Shown piece by piece: positions 19,583-27,902 of a DNA stretch of 28,628 bases (position 1 is the first letter of the stretch; the number at the start of each line of letters is the position of its first letter). The position numbers and the translations under genes are program-made. The notes under the pieces are model-generated. The model ran no database searches. It worked only from the letters and a program-made list of their open reading frames with translations, and was not told where the DNA came from. The stretch comes from Candidatus Hadarchaeum sp. (GTDB taxonomy: Archaea; Hadarchaeota; Hadarchaeia; Hadarchaeales; Hadarchaeaceae): positions 1 to 28,628 of the forward strand of contig JAWCKT010000002.1 in NCBI GenBank assembly GCA_038851515.1. The letters are read 5' to 3'.

Positions 19583-19649
19583 CGAACCATCACTCTTTTT
19601 TACCTCATACTATTAATGCTCGCGGTTAAAAATTATCCAGGCGAGCCAA

Positions 19650-20906
19650 ATGCCGGCAGACAGTAAATCCCTATACCAGTTTAAGAGGATGCTGGAAGAA
19701 CTGGAGGGCAAGCGGGGGCGAGGCACGGAGCTGATCTCCGTCTACATCACCCCAGACACAGACCTAGCCAAGGTCATGCAGCAGCTGAGGGACGAGCAGG
19801 GCACCGCTTCAAACATCAAGTCCAAAACCACGCGCAAAAACGTGCTGGCGGCTCTGGAGAGAATCATCCAGTTTCTTCGAACCTATATGGAAAACAACAA
19901 AAAACCGCCACCACACGGGATGGCAATCTTCTGCGGCAATGTCGCGGGCAGGGATGATGTTGCCGATATCCAGCTCTACTGGATAGAACCTCCTGAGCCC
20001 GTGACTGTTAGGATGTACCGGTGCGACCAAGAGTTTGTACTGGATCCGCTCAAGGAGATGCTGCAAATCAAGGAAACAATTGGGCTTTTCGTCATGGATA
20101 GAAGGGAAACCACCTTCGCCACCCTTCGGGGCAAACATGTGGAGATACTGAGGAAGCTGACCTCGGCTGTCCCGGGTAAGCACAGCAAGGGAGGACAGTC
20201 GTCAAGGCGCTTTGAACGGCTAATAGAGATCGCGGCACATGAATACGCTAAGAGGGTCGCGGAAGCCGCCAACGAGATCTTTTCCCAAATTCCTGACCTG
20301 CGTGCAATTATAGTTGGTGGACCGGGGCCGACCAAGGAAGACTTCCTCAACAGCGGACTTCTCCATGAATCCGTACAAAAGAAAATCGCCGGTGTTTTGG
20401 ACACGGGCTACACCGATGAACAGGGAATCAAGGAACTGGTGAACAAAGCAGGTGAAATTTTGGCCGACTTAGAGATATTGAAGGAAAAATCACTGATGCA
20501 GAAGTTCATGGAAGAACTGGTCGCCGGAAAGGGTCTCGCTACCTATGGGGAAAGTGAAATAAGGCGCGCGCTCGAGCAAGGTGCCGTGGAACTGTTGCTG
20601 ATCTCTGAGGGACTGAGAAAGCTCCGAGTGACGATAAAATGTCAAGCCTGTGGGGAAACCTTTCACGAAATCATCGATAATCTGGACCATTATCAAAAAC
20701 AGCTGCCTGAAAAAAGCTGCCCTAAGTGCGGGGAAAAGAAACTCACCGTGGTTGAAAGCCGAGACGTGGTCCAAGAGCTGATGGAGCTAGCTGAAAAATT
20801 CAACACTAAAATTGAATTCATCTCCACTGAAACAGATGAGGGTAAACAACTTCTAACTGCGTTTAAGGGCCTAGCAGCGATACTAAGGTTCAAATCAACC
20901 CAGTAG
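19650..20906 (+). CDS. prf1: Peptide chain release factor aRF1
   Basis: GTELISVYI, NIKS, YRCDQEF (YxCxxxF), GKHSKGGQS and a C-terminal CQAC/CPKC Zn ribbon. Confidence 0.97.
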   Translation: MPADSKSLYQFKRMLEELEGKRGRGTELISVYITPDTDLAKVMQQLRDEQGTASNIKSKTTRKNVLAALERIIQFLRTYMENNKKPPPHGMAIFCGNVAGRDDVADIQLYWIEPPEPVTVRMYRCDQEFVLDPLKEMLQIKETIGLFVMDRRETTFATLRGKHVEILRKLTSAVPGKHSKGGQSSRRFERLIEIAAHEYAKRVAEAANEIFSQIPDLRAIIVGGPGPTKEDFLNSGLLHESVQKKIAGVLDTGYTDEQGIKELVNKAGEILADLEILKEKSLMQKFMEELVAGKGLATYGESEIRRALEQGAVELLLISEGLRKLRVTIKCQACGETFHEIIDNLDHYQKQLPEKSCPKCGEKKLTVVESRDVVQELMELAEKFNTKIEFISTETDEGKQLLTAFKGLAAILRFKSTQ

Positions 20907-20931
20907 AAAAAATCCACTTAAATTCGTAACA

Positions 20932-22191
20932 TTAGGTTCCAAGTGTCCATGAAGCGGCATAGTCGACCTGTTCTTTGGTCCGCTTCTCCAGTTTTATCCC
21001 CATTGAGCGCAACTTTAACTCAGCGACCCTCCGGTCGATTTCAGAAGGTACCTCATAAACCCTCGGGGCAAGCCCTCTGCCAGATCGGGCCAAATAAACC
21101 ACGCTTAAAGCTTGGAGGGCAAAGCTCATGTCCATAATCTCCATCGGATGACCGAGCGAGCGCCTACCGGCAAGATTGACCAAACGTCCCTCGGCTAGTA
21201 AATATATCCTGCGCCCGTTCTTCAGCTTGAACTCCCGAACATCTTCGATCACTTCTCTGTTGCTAACGGCTAACCTTCTGAGACCATCCAAGTCTATCTC
21301 AACATTGAAATGTCCCGAGTTGCATAGAATCGCGCCGTCTCTCATCATTTTCATGTGCTCCATACGAATAACCTTGAAACCTCCCGTTGCGGTAATGAAA
21401 AGTTCTCCCCACTTCGCCGCCTCATCCATCGAAGTAACACAGAACCCATCCATCGCTGCCTCCAGCGCCTTTACCGGGTCGGTTTCAACAACCGTGACTA
21501 GGGCACCCAGTCCTTTGGCCCGGGAGGCAATTCCTCTGCCAACAAACCCGTAGCCAACAACGACCACACGCTTTCCTGCAATAAGGGTGTTGGTCATACC
21601 GGTTATGGCCTGAAAGGTTGACTCTGCGGTGCCGAACCTGTTATCAAAAAATCTCTTGGAAGGGCTGTCATTGACCGCTATCACTGGGAATTTCAATGCC
21701 CCTGCCTCCGCCATAATCCTCAGGCGGTTAACTCCGGTGGTGGTCTCCTCCGAAGCACCGATCACTCTTTCAAGAAGCTCCATGCGGCGAGTGTGCACCA
21801 TCGTGATCAGATCCGCGCCATCGTCGATCAGGATTTGTGGTCTTACATCGAGCACCGCGTTCAGATTAGCATAATAATCCTTGGTGCTCTCACCTCGCCA
21901 AGCATAAACGTTGACACCTTCTTTTGCCAACGCTGCTGCCACCTCATCCTTGGTAGAAAGGGGGTTACAGCTCGCTACCGCCACCTTGGCCCCACCGGAC
22001 AATAAGGTTCTAACAAGCACTCCCGTCTTAGCCTCGGTATGCAAGGCTGCAGCAATGGTAATTCCCCTGAGCGGCTTGGTCTTCGAAAACTCCCGGCGAA
22101 TTTCGGTTAGGACGGGCATGTGGTTTTCAGCCCACTCCATCATTCGCCGGCCCTCTGCAGCGAGGTGTATGTCCTTGACCTTGTAACTCAA
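20932..22191 (-). CDS. ahcY: Adenosylhomocysteinase (possibly S-inosylhomocysteine hydrolase)
   Basis: MPVL, LHTEAKT, SCNPLST, DDGADL, EETTTGV, NRFGT, GHFNVEID and GRLVNL/GHP. The TTG start overlaps the upstream stop. Confidence 0.95.
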   Translation of the reverse strand: MSYKVKDIHLAAEGRRMMEWAENHMPVLTEIRREFSKTKPLRGITIAAALHTEAKTGVLVRTLLSGGAKVAVASCNPLSTKDEVAAALAKEGVNVYAWRGESTKDYYANLNAVLDVRPQILIDDGADLITMVHTRRMELLERVIGASEETTTGVNRLRIMAEAGALKFPVIAVNDSPSKRFFDNRFGTAESTFQAITGMTNTLIAGKRVVVVGYGFVGRGIASRAKGLGALVTVVETDPVKALEAAMDGFCVTSMDEAAKWGELFITATGGFKVIRMEHMKMMRDGAILCNSGHFNVEIDLDGLRRLAVSNREVIEDVREFKLKNGRRIYLLAEGRLVNLAGRRSLGHPMEIMDMSFALQALSVVYLARSGRGLAPRVYEVPSEIDRRVAELKLRSMGIKLEKRTKEQVDYAASWTLGT

Positions 22192-23498
22192 TTATCCCCA
22201 CCCAACCTTGAAACCAAATCATCAGAAGTTCTCTGCGCTAGCTCTAAAACCTTCTCTTCATCAAGCGTGACCACTTCGCCTTTCTCCATCAATATCCTTC
22301 CATCTACGATAACCGTGTCAACGTCACCGCCACCCGCGCTGTAGACGAGGTGAGAGATGACATCGTGTATTGGAGAAAGATGTGGCTTTTTCAGGTTAAC
22401 AGTGATTAGATCGGCTTTTTTACCGGCCTCCAGCGACCCCAACTCTGTCTGTAGACCCAGTGCCGCAGCCCCGTTTATGGTCGCCATTTCCAAGGCTTTC
22501 ATCGCGGGTAACGCTGTGGGATCAAGCCTGCGTACCTTGGCCAGCAGCGACGCTAGTTTCATCTCCTTAAACATGTCGAGGGAGTTGTTAGAAGCGGCAC
22601 CATCAGTTCCAAGAGCCACCGGTATGCCTAAGGCAAGCATTTCTGAGACCGGGGCAATTCCTGAGCCCATCTTCATATTGCTAGTGGGATTATGAACTGG
22701 CTTGATGCCCTTATTCCTAAGCACCTCAATTTCCTTATCTGTAACCCAGACACAATGAGCAGCCAGAACCTCAGGGCCCAAAAATCCGATTGAGTTCAAG
22801 TATTCCACCGGACGTTTGCCGTACTTCTCCATCGTCTGTTTCACTTCCTCACTGCTCTCAGCTAGGTGAATGTGAATGCCGACCCCGAACTCATTTGCCA
22901 GCTCCTTAACCTTCCGCAGACACTCGGTGGAGCAGGTGTAAGGTGCATGCGGGCCAAACATCGCCAATATCCGGCCCCGAGCTTTTCTGTGGAATGCTCT
23001 TACAAAGCTACGGCCGATTTTTATCTCCTCCTTCATCTTCTGCTGATCGTCACGGTCAATCATACCATAAGACAGGGCCCCTCTAAGACCCGCCTTCATC
23101 ACGGCCCTAGCAACCTGATCCATATGGAAATAGTTGTCGGCAAAACAGGTGGTGCCAGATTTTATCATCTCGAGCGAGCCGAGCAGTGCTCCAACGTAGC
23201 AGTCGCGCGGCCCCATCTTCTTTTCCATCGGCCAAATCTTATCGGAGAGCCATTTATCCAAAGGCATGTCGTCAGCAAAACCACGGAGCAACGTCATGGC
23301 CAAGTGGGTGTGCCCATTTATCAATCCAGGCAGAACTGCCTTTCCCCGCGCATCGATCACCTGATCCGCCTTCTCCTTAATTTCTTTTCCGACTGCGACA
23401 ATCCTGCTGCCCTCGATGGCAACTGACCCTTGTTTGATGATCTGGCGATTGGAGTTCATCGTGACCAAAAGGCCGCCCCTGACCAAGATATCGACCAA
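22188..23498 (-). CDS. dadD: 5'-deoxyadenosine / MTA / SAH deaminase (amidohydrolase)
   Basis: PGLINGHTH, GPHAPYT, HIHLAE, AAHCV, HNPTSNMK and LGTDGAASNN. Confidence 0.85.
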   Translation of the reverse strand: MVDILVRGGLLVTMNSNRQIIKQGSVAIEGSRIVAVGKEIKEKADQVIDARGKAVLPGLINGHTHLAMTLLRGFADDMPLDKWLSDKIWPMEKKMGPRDCYVGALLGSLEMIKSGTTCFADNYFHMDQVARAVMKAGLRGALSYGMIDRDDQQKMKEEIKIGRSFVRAFHRKARGRILAMFGPHAPYTCSTECLRKVKELANEFGVGIHIHLAESSEEVKQTMEKYGKRPVEYLNSIGFLGPEVLAAHCVWVTDKEIEVLRNKGIKPVHNPTSNMKMGSGIAPVSEMLALGIPVALGTDGAASNNSLDMFKEMKLASLLAKVRRLDPTALPAMKALEMATINGAAALGLQTELGSLEAGKKADLITVNLKKPHLSPIHDVISHLVYSAGGGDVDTVIVDGRILMEKGEVVTLDEEKVLELAQRTSDDLVSRLGGDN

Positions 23499-23506
23499 TA
23501 TTTCAC

Positions 23507-24034
23507 CTAACCCCTGAGCGCTTTTGCGATGGCCCGACCAAACTCACGAGCCGCACTTGGACCATTCGCCGTAATCACGTTACCGTCAATCACCACTGCC
23601 TTTTCTTGATAGATTGCCCCACCACTCACTATTTTCTGCACATACTCGCCCGGAAAAACCGTGGCCCGTTTGCCCTTAAGCACGCCGGCGTTGGCGAGGA
23701 CCACTGGGGCGATACAAATTGCACCCACCTTTTTGTCCTTTTTGAAAGCCTCGCCAGCTATTGAGATAGCCTTCTTATCCTTAAAGTAAACCGCAGACCC
23801 TGACCCACCAACAAAGACGATTCCGTCATAGTCATCAACCCTCACCTGATCAAGCGTTATCTCTGGAGTCACCGTGGCTCCAAGCATCCCTCGCACCTCA
23901 CCTCGCTTGGAACTGGCCACCACCGTTGCCACACCAGCACGCTCAAGCTCCTCCTTTGTGTGAAGAAGTTCCTCATCTCTAAAGTTCTCAGGGGCTATTA
24001 TCAGCAGCACCTTTTTCGCCAGAGAAATCACCAA
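23507..24034 (-). CDS. DJ-1/PfpI (ThiJ) family protein
   Basis: FRDEE, FVGGSG, nucleophile elbow GAICIAP and VITANGP. Confidence 0.9.
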   Translation of the reverse strand: MVISLAKKVLLIIAPENFRDEELLHTKEELERAGVATVVASSKRGEVRGMLGATVTPEITLDQVRVDDYDGIVFVGGSGSAVYFKDKKAISIAGEAFKKDKKVGAICIAPVVLANAGVLKGKRATVFPGEYVQKIVSGGAIYQEKAVVIDGNVITANGPSAAREFGRAIAKALRG

Positions 24035-24237
24035 GATAAGTTGTTCTAGATGTTAAAAATAGCTGACTACTAAGCGCCCATCTCTTAAAAGACAAAATCA
24101 TGGCCGAGATCACCAACAAACACTGGCGATTCTGGTGACAATAATGAGTATAAATAGACGAAAAAGTTGTTGAAAAGTTTGTTAAACAAAAAGTCTAAAA
24201 TTTAAATTAAACAAAAACAAGTGAAAAGGGTGAGAAA

Positions 24238-26052
24238 ATAGCCAAGTTCTACATCACCACACCGATCTACTATATCAACTCGGTGCCTCATATCGGCCAT
24301 GCCTACACTACTGTGGTAGCTGACACCCTAGCCCGTTGGCACCGCCTGCGCGGGGATGACGTCTTCTTCCTGACGGGCTTAGATGAGAACTCCGCGAAGA
24401 CTCTAGAGGCAGCACGGGAGAAAGGATTCAAGGACATACAGTCATATGCCGACTCTATGGCGAACCTTTGGAAGGGAACCTGGAAGATGCTGGATATCAC
24501 CAACGATGATTTCATTCGGACCACTCAAGAAAGGCACCGTAAAAACGTCATCGATCTCTTCGAACGAATTAGATCCCGCGGAGACATTTACAAAGGGAGC
24601 TATGAGGGACTCTATTGTGAGGGTTGCGAGGCCTATTACACGGAGGCCGACCTTGTCGATGGAAAGTGCCCATTACATCTAACCAAACCAAAGTGGCTTC
24701 GAGAGGAGAACTACTTCTTCCGATTGTCCAAGTACGCCGATGTCCTACTGAAACACATCGAAGAAAATCCTGAGTTTATCCAGCCTGAGGCGCGTCGGAA
24801 TGAGGTCATCAACTTCATAAAACAGGGTTTGAAAGACGTGAGTGTCACGAGGCAAAACCAGCAGTGGGGAATAGATGTGCCCGGTGAACCCGGGCAGAAG
24901 ATTTGGGTTTGGTTTGATGCCCTAACCAACTATTTACTACCGAAGCGGTACTGGCCAGCTGATGTCCATGTCATCGCCAAAGACATCATCAGGTTCCACT
25001 GCGTCATTTGGCCGAGCATGCTGCTCTCCGCCGGACTTGAACTCCCTAAGAAGATCTTCGCCCATGGGTTTCTCACCGTCGAGGGACAGAAGATCAGCAA
25101 ATCCCTAGGCAACGTCATCGACCCCGCTTACTTGGTGGAAAAGTACTCAGCCGATGTCGTCAGATACTTCCTAATTCGGGAGATCTCCTTTGGACAGGAC
25201 GGGAACTTCTCCGAGGCCAGCCTTGAAGCCAGGCTGAACGACGAGTTGGCCGATATCCTCGGCAACTTTGTCCACCGCGTACTAACCTTTATCCGTGATC
25301 GCTACAACTCCAAATTACCTGACGGAAAAGTCGACGAAAAGTTTGAGGAGGAAGTCAAAAAACGCGTGGCCAAAATAGAACAGCTAATGCTGGATCTTAA
25401 AATTTCTCAGGCGCTCGAAGAGATCATGGCGATAGCTCGGCGGGGCAATGAGTATTTCCAAGCTTGTAAACCTTGGGAAACCCTGAAGAGAGATAAGGAA
25501 AAGGCTGCTGGTTGTATTCTCACCTGCGCCAACCTAGTGAAAATTTTGTGCGTGGCCCTAACTCCGTTCATGCCATCAACGGCAACTAAGCTTGCCCGCC
25601 AACTGGCCATCGAGGTAACGAGCTGGGATCAGGCAAAGTCTTTTGACCTCAGCCTTGGCCATCAGATTGGTGAGCCGATGGCGCTCTTTACGAAGGTAAA
25701 GTCAAACAACGCAGAAAAACACGAAAGCAAACTAATCTCCATTGATGAATTCGGCAAACTCGACATCAGGATTGGTCGCATCGTTGGCGCTGAAATTATC
25801 CCGAAATCAAAAAGATTGCTCAAGCTGGATGTGGACCTCGGAAAGGATAGGCGGACGATCGTTGCCGGCATAGCGGAAAAATACTCACCCGAATCCCTAG
25901 TGGGGAAAAACATCGCCGTGGTGGTAAACCTCGAGCCCGCAAAGTTGATGGGTGTAACCTCTGAGGGGATGCTTCTGGCCGCCGAGGATGAAAATGGTGT
26001 TTCCATTCTCGTGACCGACCGGCCAGTGCAACCGGGCTCGAAGGTGAGATAG
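24238..26052 (+). CDS. metG: Methionyl-tRNA synthetase, bacterial-type short-CP form with C-terminal tRNA-binding OB domain; apparent ATA start
   Basis: (M)AKFYITTPIYYINSVPHIGHAYTT, YCEGCEAYY/CPLH, VWFDALTNY, KDIIRFH, KISKS and C-terminal DIRIGRI/SEGMLL. There is no ATG/GTG/TTG in frame between TAA 24208-24210 and GTG 24283. Confidence 0.95.
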   Translation: MAKFYITTPIYYINSVPHIGHAYTTVVADTLARWHRLRGDDVFFLTGLDENSAKTLEAAREKGFKDIQSYADSMANLWKGTWKMLDITNDDFIRTTQERHRKNVIDLFERIRSRGDIYKGSYEGLYCEGCEAYYTEADLVDGKCPLHLTKPKWLREENYFFRLSKYADVLLKHIEENPEFIQPEARRNEVINFIKQGLKDVSVTRQNQQWGIDVPGEPGQKIWVWFDALTNYLLPKRYWPADVHVIAKDIIRFHCVIWPSMLLSAGLELPKKIFAHGFLTVEGQKISKSLGNVIDPAYLVEKYSADVVRYFLIREISFGQDGNFSEASLEARLNDELADILGNFVHRVLTFIRDRYNSKLPDGKVDEKFEEEVKKRVAKIEQLMLDLKISQALEEIMAIARRGNEYFQACKPWETLKRDKEKAAGCILTCANLVKILCVALTPFMPSTATKLARQLAIEVTSWDQAKSFDLSLGHQIGEPMALFTKVKSNNAEKHESKLISIDEFGKLDIRIGRIVGAEIIPKSKRLLKLDVDLGKDRRTIVAGIAEKYSPESLVGKNIAVVVNLEPAKLMGVTSEGMLLAAEDENGVSILVTDRPVQPGSKVR

Positions 26053-26697
26053 TTGCTGCAGCTCGACCTCCACGTGCATACAAAATATTCATACGATGGC
26101 ACCTGCTCGGTCGAGGAAGCTGTCGAAGTCGCCAAGGCAAAGGGACTGAACGGCATAGCGATAACGGACCACGACAACATCTCCGGGCATGTGGAAGCTA
26201 AAAAAATAAGCAAGGACGGTTTCCTCGTCATCCCCGGTGTTGAGATATCCAGCGCTCACGGACATATCGTGGGATTGGGAATTAATGAACTGATACCGAA
26301 AGGCTTGTCAGCGGTAGAAACCGTCGAGCTAATCCGGGCGCAGGGGGGAATCGCCATTGCTGCTCATCCCTTTGCCCCAGGCAGACATCCGGAACTCGTC
26401 TACAGGGCCAAATTTGATGCGATCGAGTGCCTTAACTCCCGAGCCATTCTCCTCAGCAACCCGCTGGCACAGAAATTTGCTCGGAAAAATGGGTTAACGA
26501 TGGTGGCCGGATCCGATGCTCACCGCTGCGATGACGTCGGGATGGCCTACACATTGGTGGATTGTGATTTGAATCTTGAAACAATATTGGAAAAAATAAG
26601 GCGGGGAGGGACATCCATCGAGGGGCGGACCCTCCCTTTGCCAAGCTTCATGTGGAGGGTTCTCCAGAAGGCCCTCCAGCGAAGACATGAGCGCTAG
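26053..26697 (+). CDS. PHP domain metal-dependent phosphoesterase
   Basis: DLHVHT, AITDHD, PGVEIS, GHI, AHPF and AGSDAH. The TTG start directly follows the metG stop, with a GGTGA RBS. Confidence 0.9.
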   Translation: MLQLDLHVHTKYSYDGTCSVEEAVEVAKAKGLNGIAITDHDNISGHVEAKKISKDGFLVIPGVEISSAHGHIVGLGINELIPKGLSAVETVELIRAQGGIAIAAHPFAPGRHPELVYRAKFDAIECLNSRAILLSNPLAQKFARKNGLTMVAGSDAHRCDDVGMAYTLVDCDLNLETILEKIRRGGTSIEGRTLPLPSFMWRVLQKALQRRHER

Positions 26698-26732
26698 GCG
26701 GGAGGACTTTTTAGGGGAGGTGCCTCCCGCCT
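26696..26732. terminator. GC-rich hairpin between the convergent PHP and RHH genes
   Basis: AGGCGGGAGG (26696-26705) pairs perfectly with CCTCCCGCCT (26723-26732). Confidence 0.4.
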
Positions 26733-26777
26733 TCACCCTTTTGGAGGCTGGACCGAGGAGGTAGGGTGACCGCGATT

Positions 26778-26963
26778 TCATCTCTCTTTGGCATACTCCA
26801 TGAGACTCTTCGCCTTTTCGAGGTAGGTCATGGTCCAATCGTGGACCATCTTGCGGATTACCTCGCTGCGATTCGTCCCATAACCTGACTTGATCAGGTC
26901 ATCGATGATCTTGAGGTAGATGCCGTCGACGAAGACACGCACCTCGCCTTTTTTATCGACCAT
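26778..26963 (-). CDS. Ribbon-helix-helix (CopG/Arc/MetJ-like) DNA-binding protein
   Basis: VRVFVD strand followed by IIDDLIKSGYGTNRSEVIRKMV. GGAGGT RBS 7 nt upstream of ATG 26963. Confidence 0.75.
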   Translation of the reverse strand: MVDKKGEVRVFVDGIYLKIIDDLIKSGYGTNRSEVIRKMVHDWTMTYLEKAKSLMEYAKER

Positions 26964-26965
26964 GA

Positions 26966-27070
26966 TCAGTACCTCCACACAGGATGGCTAAGCCTGAATG
27001 TTCTGCCTTCAAACGGGGCCTTTATCCCATCATCTGACCCTACGATACTTCCAGCCCCATTTTTCCACAT
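26966..27070 (-). CDS. Possible 34-aa small protein (MWKNGAGSIVGSDDGIKAPFEGRTFRLSHPVWRY)
   Basis: Not in the ORF track. GGAGG lies 7 nt before the ATG and the stop falls 2 nt before the RHH ATG. I recognise no family. Confidence 0.3.
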   Translation of the reverse strand: MWKNGAGSIVGSDDGIKAPFEGRTFRLSHPVWRY

Positions 27071-27310
27071 TCACCTGCCTCCCATTCACCATCCAGCTAC
27101 AATCCAGTTATATGACAGTTAGTATTTAAAGGTTGTGGAAAGATCGGCTTTGCCTACAAAACCACGGATTTAATTTTGTTAGACTTTGGGAACTGAATTT
27201 GCTCTCGAGCTTTCTTAGCACATACTTAAAAAAGAATAACGTGACTGTCTGCATTGGAATAAACAAACGTGAAAAAATAACAGATAAAGAAGACTCAGGA
27301 GGTTCCCTGA

Positions 27311-27886
27311 ATGATTAAGATATTAGGAATAGTCGGAAGCCCTAGGTCCGGTGGCAACACGGAAATTTTAGTTAACGAAACATTGAAGGCTGCCGCAAAG
27401 GAGGGTGCCAACACTGAGCTGTTGCGGCTCTGTGACAAGGAGATAAAGCCCTGCGATGGCTGCCGCGCCTGTAGGAAGACCAAAGAATGCTGGATCAAAG
27501 ACGACTTTAGTCCCATATTCGATAAAATGGTTGAGTCTGACGGCATCGTCATCGCCTCCCCAGTCTACTTCAGCTCAGCGACACCACAAGTAAAAGCCCT
27601 CATCGACCGCGCCGGCTACCTCTCCATCGCTAGGGGCAGGGTCTTCGAAAACAAGGTTGGCGGACCGCTAGTAGTGGCGAGGAGGGCCGGCCAGAATTTC
27701 ACCCTTGCCGAGCTGCTCTTCTTCTTCCTGCACCAAGGCATGATTGTCCCTGGCTCCAGCTATTGGAACGTGGCCTTCGGAAGGGAGCCGGGAGAGGTGC
27801 TGAAGGACGAGGAAGGGCTAGAAACTGCAAGAAATTTCGGCAAGAAGATGGTCTGGATTATCAAGAAGATAAAAGGGGCAGACTGA
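27311..27886 (+). CDS. Iron-sulfur flavoprotein (Isf) / NADPH-dependent FMN reductase family
   Basis: GSPRSGGNTE, CX2CX2CX5C (CDGCRACRKTKEC), ASPVYF and KALIDR. GGAGG RBS. Confidence 0.85.
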   Translation: MIKILGIVGSPRSGGNTEILVNETLKAAAKEGANTELLRLCDKEIKPCDGCRACRKTKECWIKDDFSPIFDKMVESDGIVIASPVYFSSATPQVKALIDRAGYLSIARGRVFENKVGGPLVVARRAGQNFTLAELLFFFLHQGMIVPGSSYWNVAFGREPGEVLKDEEGLETARNFGKKMVWIIKKIKGAD

Positions 27887-27902
27887 ACCAAACAATTTTT
27901 GC

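Noticed and set aside
24100-24138. 12-aa ORF MAEITNKHWRFW upstream of metG as an attenuator leader
   Set aside because: No RBS, no Met-rich content and no following terminator/antiterminator structure.
26964-27035. C/D-box sRNA on the minus strand (ATGATGG ... CTGA)
   Set aside because: The C box is imperfect, there are no convincing D'/C' boxes, and the CTGA sits beside the RHH RBS.
27133-27552. ORFs 27133..27318 (+) and 27295..27552 (-)
   Set aside because: No RBS or recognisable motif. The first spans an AT-rich promoter region and the second is antisense to isf.
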